In this document: positions 25,594-33,600 of the stretch, piece after piece
Numbering within the stretch: the stretch's first letter is position 1
How the letters are laid out: each line of letters starts with the position of its first letter
Source of the DNA: an uncultured Candidatus Saccharibacteria bacterium
Lineage (GTDB): Bacteria > Patescibacteriota > Saccharimonadia > Saccharimonadales > 2-12-FULL-41-12
Length of the DNA: 34,023 nucleotides
Assembly: GCA_964643605.1 (NCBI GenBank)
Contig: CAZXTF010000001.1
Location: 1 to 34,023, forward strand
Direction: 5' to 3'
Notes under the pieces: model-generated
Seen by the model: only the letters and a program-made list of their open reading frames with translations
What the model was told of the DNA's origin: nothing
Databases searched by the model: none
Made by a program: the position numbers and the translations under genes

Positions 25594-26453
25594 CTACTGA
25601 TCTTATTCACTATTTGGCTTAGCTGATCATCTGAGTCAAAGAAGATTTGAAGCTTTCCACCTTTTTTACCTCTCTGAATCGCTACTTTAGTGCTTAGCTT
25701 CTTTTTTAGGACTTCTGAAGTCTGTACATCTCTTTTAGAGATAGTTTTTACTGAGGTTGTAGTAGTTTTTTTACCCTTCGATTCTTGCACGAATTGCTCT
25801 GCCTGCCGAACCGACCATTTATTTCTTATAATTAGATCAAGTAATTGCTGCTGTTTTTGTGGCGTATCTTTTAACGCCAAGATTGATCGAGCGTGCCCCT
25901 CACTAATCTTCCCCTCTGTTAAGGCACTTTTTACAGCCTCTGGAAGCTGTAAAAGCCGAACAGTATTTACGACAGTTGTATGGGCCTTGCCTAGCCGTTT
26001 TGCAATATCTTCAAGCGATATATTGAACTGCTCATTTAGTTTTGCTATTGAAATTGCCTGCTCCAAAGGAGACAGATCAACTCGCTGCACATTTTCTACG
26101 AGGCCGATCTCGAGCCTATCAAGCTCCTCACTACTTCTAACAAGTGCTGGGACTTCCTTAACTCCTGCCAATTTTGCTGCTCGGTAACGCCTTTCGCCAG
26201 CGATAATAATATATTTACCTGTATCTCCAGGAGTTACAACCAACGGCTGCAAAATACCATGTCGCTTAATAGACGCTGAGAGCTCCTGTAGCGCTGCTTG
26301 GTCAAAATGCTTCCGAGGCTGCTCCAAATTAGGAGAAATATCAGAAATGAATAACTTTTGTGTTCGATCTTTCTTGTCTAGAAGTATTGATTCGTCAAAG
26401 TTATTAGGTAACAAACTGCCGAATCCTTTGCCAAGTCCTGTCTTGTTTACCAT
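25590..26453 (-). CDS. parB: chromosome partitioning protein ParB/Spo0J
   Basis: ParB box 'IIIAGERRYRAAKLAG', 'GLVENVQRVDLSPLEQA' and an HTH 'LEDIAKRLGKAHTTVVNTVRLL'. Confidence 0.93.
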   Translation of the reverse strand: MVNKTGLGKGFGSLLPNNFDESILLDKKDRTQKLFISDISPNLEQPRKHFDQAALQELSASIKRHGILQPLVVTPGDTGKYIIIAGERRYRAAKLAGVKEVPALVRSSEELDRLEIGLVENVQRVDLSPLEQAISIAKLNEQFNISLEDIAKRLGKAHTTVVNTVRLLQLPEAVKSALTEGKISEGHARSILALKDTPQKQQQLLDLIIRNKWSVRQAEQFVQESKGKKTTTTSVKTISKRDVQTSEVLKKKLSTKVAIQRGKKGGKLQIFFDSDDQLSQIVNKISS

Positions 26454-26466
26454 TGTACTTGTTCCC

Positions 26467-27234
26467 TTATGTTAGTCTCGTGTTAACTTCTTTTGCCAGA
26501 TTCTTATAGGCTCGTGCACCCCTGCTCCACTTGTCATGTTCTGATATCGGCTTGCCAAAGCTAGGTGCCTCTGCCAAACGAACATTCCGTGGAATCACTG
26601 TCTCAAACAATTTGTCGCCAAAGTGCTTGCCTACTTCATTATATACTTGTTCAGACAAACTTGTACGTTTGTCATACATAGTCACTACTACTCCAAGTAG
26701 TTCCAGATTTGGGTTCAAGCCACCACGGACTGTTTGTATGACTTGCAATAATTGGCTTAGGCCTTCTAGCGCATAGTACTCAGCCTGAACAGGAATTAAT
26801 ACATAGTGAGATGCCACTAGTGCATTAATAGTTAGTAAGCCTAGGGCTGGTGGACAATCTATCAATATATAGTCATAGCCACTAGCAGACCCGAGAGCAG
26901 CTGCTAACACTTCTTCTCTTTTCTCTTCTGTAGCCAGCTCAACTTCGATACTTGCCAATCGAGCATCTGTAGGTAATAAATGTATATTTTTAAAATCTGT
27001 TTGGTGTAGTACTTTGTCCAAGCTTACTTGTGAAAGTAATATGTCGCACAATGTTTGGCTTATGGCCGTCTTATCGAAACCTAAGCCACTCGTAGCATTA
27101 CCTTGTGGATCAGCATCTACCACCAAGACCGTCTTGCCCTGTTTTGCTAGATATGCAGCCAAATTAATGGTAGTGGTGGTTTTGCCCACACCACCCTTCT
27201 GGTTCAGCACAGCAATTATTTTTGTTTGTCTCAT
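26467..27234 (-). CDS. parA: chromosome partitioning ATPase ParA/Soj
   Basis: A deviant Walker A 'NQKGGVGKTTT', 'VLVVDADPQGNAT' and 'YDYILIDCPP'. I start at the ATG at 27234 (MRQTKIIAV), which has a GAGGGA Shine-Dalgarno 4 nt upstream. Confidence 0.93.
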   Translation of the reverse strand: MRQTKIIAVLNQKGGVGKTTTTINLAAYLAKQGKTVLVVDADPQGNATSGLGFDKTAISQTLCDILLSQVSLDKVLHQTDFKNIHLLPTDARLASIEVELATEEKREEVLAAALGSASGYDYILIDCPPALGLLTINALVASHYVLIPVQAEYYALEGLSQLLQVIQTVRGGLNPNLELLGVVVTMYDKRTSLSEQVYNEVGKHFGDKLFETVIPRNVRLAEAPSFGKPISEHDKWSRGARAYKNLAKEVNTRLT

Positions 27235-27297
27235 AGCTTCCCTCTGTTTATAGATTACCATGTACGTGTATCCTCAGTAAATTCAAGAAGCATAAGA

Positions 27298-27306
27298 TGG
27301 TATGAT
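27298..27306 (+). promoter_or_regulatory. candidate extended -10 promoter (TGgTATGAT)
   Basis: A TG dinucleotide at 27298-27299 and the hexamer TATGAT at 27301-27306 end 6 nt before the ATG at 27313. No Shine-Dalgarno is present. Confidence 0.4.
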
Positions 27307-27312
27307 AATCAT

Positions 27313-28095
27313 ATGTCAAAAATTGATAATAGACTTAGATCCTTTACGAGGAAGCTGAATTATACTGGCTTTCTGAAAAGAGTTGGTATTGTCTTCCTGA
27401 TTTTTAGTGTGGCGTACCTCCCATATTTTTTCATCCAGCAACATCAAGCTAAAAATCAGAAAGCACCCCTGTCAAAATCTAGTATTCGTGTAGACTTAAA
27501 CCAGCACCTCATCGCCCTGCAATCCCTACGAGATATTGACACAAAAGACATATCTTCAACAGTAAGAATCGAGGGGCTCAGAAGCTCAATCGATACAACA
27601 CGAGAAAATTATAGAAAAAATCTAGCTGCCTACAAGAAAAAAGATGGCGCTATCGTACCACCTAATGCTGAAGAGTTTTTTGCCCAAGAAGAACTAATTT
27701 TAAAGAAATACGACCAAAATTACAAAGAACTTAAGAAAGTAATTCAATACTCACCAGACAAAGACTTAAACTCACTAAACCTAGCGAGCGACTTGGCAGA
27801 AGTAGCTACCCGTATCGACATCGCAACGCAAGCCCTAACTAATATCAAGAACCAAAGCAGTGCTATATCTGATCAGACAAAACAGTACATCGACCGCTCA
27901 ATTGCCTGTTTGAACGATATCCAAAAACAAGCCAGAGATAATCAAGCAGATACGCTTGATGAGCACATCAGAAGCTGCGACACAACCTATACCAGCGCCC
28001 GCTTGAGTGCAATCACCGATGTTACTCAACCACTCAGAACCACTAATAGCGAGGATCTGTTTGGTCAAATCCGTGACTTAATAAATAAATTTTAG
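27313..28095 (+). CDS. hypothetical membrane-anchored helical protein
   Basis: Starting at the ATG at 27313 (MSKIDNRL) gives about 260 aa. It has one TM helix ('VGIVFLIFSVAYLPYFFI') followed by a Lys/Gln/Asp-rich, probably alpha-helical, extracytoplasmic domain. No family is recognised. Confidence 0.5.
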   Translation: MSKIDNRLRSFTRKLNYTGFLKRVGIVFLIFSVAYLPYFFIQQHQAKNQKAPLSKSSIRVDLNQHLIALQSLRDIDTKDISSTVRIEGLRSSIDTTRENYRKNLAAYKKKDGAIVPPNAEEFFAQEELILKKYDQNYKELKKVIQYSPDKDLNSLNLASDLAEVATRIDIATQALTNIKNQSSAISDQTKQYIDRSIACLNDIQKQARDNQADTLDEHIRSCDTTYTSARLSAITDVTQPLRTTNSEDLFGQIRDLINKF

Positions 28096-28781
28096 TCTAT
28101 TGTAGTTTTTATCTGGCCATCAACAAAACTAGGCCAAGAGTCTGACTCACCACCCTCTTTTATGACCTTATACCGATTCCCTGGTGCTGGTTCGGCAAGA
28201 TCATACAAAACAACCTGCCATTCTTTTCCACTTTTGCCTGTGTACTGTGCGTAGACTATTTTGTTATCCTGTATCTTAGGACGTAGAGAGGTGCTGTCGT
28301 GGCTAATCTGATAAATCTCGGTTCCATCAAAATAAAATACTTGTTGCAGTCCTCGATTTACACCTTCCCACACTATTTTATTCCCCCAAATCGACGGAGA
28401 TAGATTAGTCCCCGTTTGCGTTATCTGCAAGATGGTTTTATCTAGCAAATCATACAAGACTATCTGAGGAAAACCCTCTACAGTCTCTGTCCAAGTTACA
28501 TACCGGCCACTTATTGCAGGTTGCGTGTGATTCCTTTGATTATTTGTAATAAAGACTTTTACATCATTATAAAGGTAGTAGACTTGCTGATAGCCACTAA
28601 CCGACTCAACCCCGATATTCAACGCATGGCCATTCAAATAACCCTCTAGTTCTTGTCGGGTTGGTTCTGGATTTGCCGATATACGACTATTAATAATTAC
28701 GAATACTATCAATACAATAGCTATTGGTAACAGCCATATTTTTGCAAGATTTAGTCCTTTTCTCAGTGTTAATCTACCCAA
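28092..28781 (-). CDS. membrane-anchored beta-propeller-repeat protein
   Basis: An N-terminal TM helix ('IWLLPIAIVLIVFVII') is followed by repeated blades: 'ISGRYVTWTE...QIVLYDL', 'IWGNKIVWEG...QVFYFDG' and 'IQDNKIVYAQ...QVVLYDL'. These resemble the G-x-x-IVW...YDL surface beta-propeller repeats of archaeal and bacterial envelope proteins. It uses a TTG start with an AAAGGA Shine-Dalgarno 5 nt upstream, inside the end of the preceding gene. Confidence 0.55.
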   Translation of the reverse strand: MGRLTLRKGLNLAKIWLLPIAIVLIVFVIINSRISANPEPTRQELEGYLNGHALNIGVESVSGYQQVYYLYNDVKVFITNNQRNHTQPAISGRYVTWTETVEGFPQIVLYDLLDKTILQITQTGTNLSPSIWGNKIVWEGVNRGLQQVFYFDGTEIYQISHDSTSLRPKIQDNKIVYAQYTGKSGKEWQVVLYDLAEPAPGNRYKVIKEGGESDSWPSFVDGQIKTTID

Positions 28782-30571
28782 GAGAATCCTTTCTCAGATC
28801 CGTCCTGGAAGAAATTACCATGCCGCAGTTGATTCTCTGTATGTGGCTTTGTTACCAATGTTGGACATTGCGCATAGTCACTCATAACACCGTCGTCACT
28901 TTCGACAAGCCTAAAACTGTACTGGGTGGCAGGTGCTGCTCCATTATGCTCTATATGAAAATCATACTCGATGGTTTGCCCCACAGCTGCACTATTAGGA
29001 TTGGTAGCTGTCGGATTAGACTTTGAGTAGAGCTCTCGAACACTCGAAGATAAGACACTCGTCGACAGCGTGACATTATTGGTAATACCAGAGGTAGCAA
29101 AACGCCAGACACTACCACTACCCCCTGCTCCTACATCCGTCCATGTACCTGCTGTGCAGCTACTATCAGTACCGGCCTTGTATTGCAGCTTAAACGCCAC
29201 ACTGTGCGCTAGCAGAGGTTGGTTACCCATCAATATCTTGACTCTTAGTCGTAGCTTATTGCCCGCACCGGGCGGATTGTATCTCGTCGGCAACGAAGGA
29301 ATCATGTTGTTTATAGGTACATCCAGCGGAGACCACGGGTCAGTAACAGCTTCGAGATTATTATCCTCATACCATCTATACGAGTTTAGCGACATAGTAA
29401 CCCTCTCTGCAATAACTACATTTACGTATTGCGGCAAGAAATAGTCATTATTACCGGTATAAAGAGGGTCGGAATTTCCGGCATAAAATGTCGCTGTCAA
29501 ATTATGGGTGTGGTTAGAAGCAGCTCCGCCAGTACCACTACCAGAGCTCGAGTTGCTACCACCAGAAGCAGCACCAGTTACACCGGTAGCGGTATGGGTA
29601 TGGTAAGCCTGCCCTCCTCCAGCGTTATAGGCGGCACCTGGCCTTAAGAATTTTCTATAGTAAACCCCCCCAGGCTCAGATCTTGATGTCCATAAATCTC
29701 CTGGGGCACCCTCGAACATTGCTGTTAAGCCCACTGTTGATGTCTGAGTATTTGCATTTGCTTTTGCAAGAATAGGCTGCACATATGGAGGTATAGCAGA
29801 ATCACTCGTACTAGTGGTTGCGCCTGGAGCAGTATGTGTATGGTTCGCTGATTTTGCCTGTGGGGATCCGCTACAGAAAAATATCCCCCCACAAATATTT
29901 GTGCTCGTGGCATTACCGCTTACACTACCCGACCAAGTTGCAGAATGCGTGTGTGTATCCGATCCAGCATTAGTGCCAGCTGTGGTATGTACTTTAAGCA
30001 CCTTGTTGTCGTACGCAGAGAGCCTAGTCCATCCAGACACAGGCATACCAGGGCTGTCGTCGAACATCACAATAGCTCCAGCAGGGATAGTAGTCGGTAT
30101 ACCGCTGTTATACTGAATGACTCTTATTGTTCTGGTTGCCGGCTCATTACTAGCAGCAGATATACTGGAGACACTTGGTAACGTAGGGTGCGAATGATTG
30201 TCTGTAGAGATTGCAGTTAGTGTGAGACCGGTTCCCGTTGTACCGTTTGTGCTTGTTATTGCCACAGATTGATTTGTATGAGAGTGTGTGGTGCCACCCC
30301 CAAGACCTCCAAAGCTAGCTGCGGCCTCACCTCTAATCATCCTGCCAGGTACTGCAGAAGAAACCTCACTCCATCCAGAGGGTACCGATATGGGGTTGCC
30401 CAGGTAATCTGTGCCATCCCAAAAAAGAATCATATCTCCGGTTGCAGCTTTTGTATGATGAGGTTTTATCAGTACAGAGAATAAGCTACCAAAGACTGCA
30501 GAAAAGGCAAAACAAATGACCACCCCAAGAATTGAGAGCCCAAAGAGCTTTTGTTTAACCGCCGTTAACAT
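28769..30571 (-). CDS. secreted/anchored protein with three tandem phage-tail-collar-like modules (six HxH motifs) and a C-terminal ~210-aa domain
   Basis: An N-terminal hydrophobic signal or anchor ('LFGLSILGVVICFAFSAVFGSLFSVLI') leads into three modules of about 110 aa (aa ~44-155, ~163-270, ~280-390). Each module has G-x-I-x-(M/L)-F, P-x-GW, a basic strand (GRMIRG / NKVLKV / RKFLRPG), GG-x-H-(S/T)-H, N-H-(S/T)-H, and (P)PY/QY-V. This order is the one I remember for Collar/MdpB-type proteins. A separate domain then begins at 'YRWYEDNN'. Confidence 0.55.
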   Translation of the reverse strand: MLTAVKQKLFGLSILGVVICFAFSAVFGSLFSVLIKPHHTKAATGDMILFWDGTDYLGNPISVPSGWSEVSSAVPGRMIRGEAAASFGGLGGGTTHSHTNQSVAITSTNGTTGTGLTLTAISTDNHSHPTLPSVSSISAASNEPATRTIRVIQYNSGIPTTIPAGAIVMFDDSPGMPVSGWTRLSAYDNKVLKVHTTAGTNAGSDTHTHSATWSGSVSGNATSTNICGGIFFCSGSPQAKSANHTHTAPGATTSTSDSAIPPYVQPILAKANANTQTSTVGLTAMFEGAPGDLWTSRSEPGGVYYRKFLRPGAAYNAGGGQAYHTHTATGVTGAASGGSNSSSGSGTGGAASNHTHNLTATFYAGNSDPLYTGNNDYFLPQYVNVVIAERVTMSLNSYRWYEDNNLEAVTDPWSPLDVPINNMIPSLPTRYNPPGAGNKLRLRVKILMGNQPLLAHSVAFKLQYKAGTDSSCTAGTWTDVGAGGSGSVWRFATSGITNNVTLSTSVLSSSVRELYSKSNPTATNPNSAAVGQTIEYDFHIEHNGAAPATQYSFRLVESDDGVMSDYAQCPTLVTKPHTENQLRHGNFFQDGSEKGFSWVD

Positions 30572-30582
30572 TTCTCAAAATC

Positions 30583-30599
30583 ACCCATAAATTATGGGT
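30583..30599 (-). terminator. weak hairpin / possible attenuating terminator between the giant gene and the collar-module gene
   Basis: The minus strand reads ACCCATA-ATT-TATGGGT (7-bp stem) followed by GATTTTGAG. A TATAAT at 30608..30603 lies just upstream. Confidence 0.3.
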
Positions 30600-30612
30600 T
30601 TAATTATACCAT

Positions 30613-33600
30613 CTAGAACTGGCTCTTGTAATTGATGAATATCTCGCCAGCTCGGGCATAGTTACCATTGCTAGCTACTGTGAGCGTAATCCTAAATACT
30701 AGCTCATCTCCGGCGTTGATAGAACAACTTGTCGTTGGGTTAGAAGTTACAAGTGCCCATGAGCCAGAACTTCCCAGAGAGTCGTTGTCACATACAGTAC
30801 CGCTACCACTCTTGTATACTCTAAGTTGCACAGCGTCAGAACCACCTGTCTTCCATCCGTAGAACTGCACCGGTGTAGCAGCAAAGCTTGCAAAGTCGCT
30901 TGGGACTTTCCATTTAACATATATGTCGTAGTCGTTCGTCGCATTAGCAGTCCATGAGTAGAAGTTATGATCCTCGTTAGCTCCACAGCTGGTACCTATA
31001 TTAAGTAGACTGCTCCCGCTACAAAAATCAGAGGTCATCGTACCAACGTTATTTGTACCGTCACCCGTTAGTACTGCCCCCGCATACTCTGGACTAAGCG
31101 TTACACTTATATCGTTCTGTGCTGTTCCACGGAATCGCAACTTGCCACCCACCTGGTCATTAAAGCTAATGCCATTCGTGCTATCGCCTACTCGTAATGT
31201 AGTTGTTACGTCTACCGAAGTTACTTCCAATGCTCTACCCGTCAAAGAGCCTGTTGCCCCACCGATGGTAATACGCATATTAGTGGTATCTGCATTTAAT
31301 AAACCGGTGCTAGATGAGTTCTGTATGCTAAATGCTGTAGTAGAATTGATAGCTGTCTGCACTAAGAAGCTATCATCTGTTTGTAGAGTATTAGCCGCAC
31401 CTCGGTAAAGGTTAGTGTCTGTGCCAAACCAGATACCACCTGTGTTAGCTGTGGTGTTGGTGCCTATGGTTAGTGCCCCATTAGCTGGTACTGCGGCTGG
31501 GCCTATGGCTACTCGTTGGTTGGTGGTGTCGGCTACGAAGAGGTTTTGGGCACCAGCATTTTGGATACGGAAGGCTGTGGTGGAGTTAGTGGAGTTTTGG
31601 CTTAGAATGTTGCCTGTCTGACCTACGGTAAAAACAGTTGTTCCATTATTTCTGGCACTCAATATATCATCATTGCCATTGACTTGATTTAGTACTAGAG
31701 TTTTTCGGCCAGCACCAACGTTGGAGTTTATGGTTACGAATCCCCCGCCAACTGCAATACTAGCATTATTGCCTCCTGCACCAAAACCAACCGTCCCTTG
31801 GAAGGAATTGGCATCGAAGAACGAAGTTCCGTTATAAAACTGTAACTGCAAGCCGTTAACAGAAGAAGTAGAAGCCCTAAGAACAGGAGCTACTATAGTG
31901 CTTGTGTGGAGTTGCATATTGGTGGTGTCGGCAGTGAATAAACTAGTGCCACTTGAATTTTGTATCTGGAAGGCGGTGGTAGAGTTAGTTTGATTGTTAA
32001 ATGTAGTAGCTCCACCATCGGCTATAGTAAACACAGCCGTAGCGTTATCCCTAGCCTGTAAAATGTTACCGGTAGAGGTTGAGTTACTTATTATGAGTGT
32101 ATCTGCGCTACCGCTAGTTCGGTTGGTTATAGTAGTAGCGCCAGTAATCGCCGTCGTACCAGCTACAGACGAACCTATGTTCACATTATTAGTAGAGCTG
32201 GCTGTCGAGTTATTACCTATGTTAATAGTTTGGGTGACAGCACCTGTGGTGTTGCCAATTTGGATGGTGTTGGCTGCTCCACCACCGCCAAGATTGAGAG
32301 CAGTACTAGCTTGGATGTCTACGTTGCTTACGCTGGTAGTGTTTCCAATAGCTATTTGGCCTGTACTAATACCGCTGTTTCCTATAGCAATACCATTGCT
32401 TCCGTTCCCACCGATAAATAGGGCGCCTGTACTGTCTATCTCAGTAGTTCCTTGTCCTGTCAGTTTTGAGCTATTGAAGGCTATCTGGAATCTGTTAACA
32501 TTGTTAGTTTCTAGATTAAGGACGTTATTATCGTTAGTACCTAGGATTGCTGCCCCGCCAAAGCTATTACCACCGTTACGGAAGAAACCGGTAGCAGAAG
32601 TATCGTCTACAGTTAGTGCACCACTAGAGTTTATTAGGCCAGAGCCAGTCAGGTCGGTCAGGGCATCGCCGTTTACAGTAAGGGTTTTGCCAGCAGCAAG
32701 GGTTAGGCCATTGTTTATAGTGGTGGTACCGGTACTAGCTCCAAGCGATATAGTAGTAGCTGCACCAAAGGCGTTTATTGTGGTAGCATCTGTATTTAAC
32801 AAATTAAAGGTGGTAGATGTAGTTGTTAAGTCCCCACCGTTTACAGCTAAGGTACCTCCTATTACTCCGTTACCAGTGATATTAAAGTCGGCTGTTTGGG
32901 GGCTAGTGCCGTTTTGAATAAATCCGCTTGGGTCAGCCGCTGTGCTGCCAATAATTCGCCACAAGCTGGCGCCAGAGTCATATATAAGAGTTACAGAACT
33001 GCCCGCTGCCAAGGTCATGTCCGACCCTGTGCCAGTAACAATCCTATTGGCAGCCGAGGAGCTGCCAGAATTGTTGGCAAGTGTAGCGTCTTGGCTAGCC
33101 GCATTCATCATAGTTAGTATCTTGCCGTCCCTACCGCCAGCGATACCAGTGATAGTCTGAGCAGATGCACCAGTTAGGCGAATCAGAGACACATCGCCAA
33201 AGTTAACGTTATCACTACTGCCAGTCGTAGAAAAGTCTGTCCCTCGCTTAAACGCAGTCGAGCCAGTTACGTCTAGCTGTCCGCCAATACCTATGTTTCC
33301 GTTGAATTGCGAAGAATCCAAGACAGTTAAGCCACCTTGTACAGACAGATTGCCACCTATGCTGCCGCTGCTTTGTACACTCAGGGTACTCGTCTCAACT
33401 CCACCCGTCTCTAATTGCTGTACATAGGCGCCCCCGAGATCGAAGATTTGGAGGGTGTTGGAGCTTTGGTTTGTAACATACGCATAGCGGCCTTGGACGG
33501 AGACGAAGTTAGGCTGAGTGTCTGTAGCTACGGAACCGACGCTAGTGGGGCTGGCTGGATTAGAGATGTTGATAATTTGGAGAGTATTAGAGCCGTAGTT

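Noticed and set aside
24733-27312. A possible replication origin (DnaA-box cluster) near parAB or in the 222-bp LCP-lepB spacer.
   Set aside because: I saw no TTATCCACA/TGTGGATAA-like boxes in the intergenic regions, and dnaA and dnaN are not in the window.
28769-30571. Interpreting the collar-module gene as a prophage tail-fibre remnant.
   Set aside because: No other phage genes (capsid, terminase, integrase, baseplate) or att-like repeats flank it. The protein has a signal or anchor sequence and sits in an operon with cellular surface proteins.
30613-30645. The C-terminal '...FINYKSQF' of the giant protein as an outer-membrane beta-barrel targeting signal.
   Set aside because: The alternating hydrophobic pattern is not met (Ser at -3). 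The gene content (LCP ligase, heliorhodopsin-like protein) also suggests a monoderm envelope.
31291-32000. A diversity-generating retroelement template/variable repeat pair in the giant gene.
   Set aside because: The repeated segments are in-frame protein modules with only about 60-70% identity, and their differences are not adenine-specific. No reverse transcriptase gene is in the window.
31994-32917. A 307-aa plus-strand ORF, plus several 60-90-aa ORFs, inside the giant surface-protein gene.
   Set aside because: These are antisense readings of Thr/Gly/Asn/Ala-rich repeats, giving Val/Pro/Ala/Leu-rich artefacts. The minus-strand frame has coherent protein repeats and runs uninterrupted for more than 3.4 kb.
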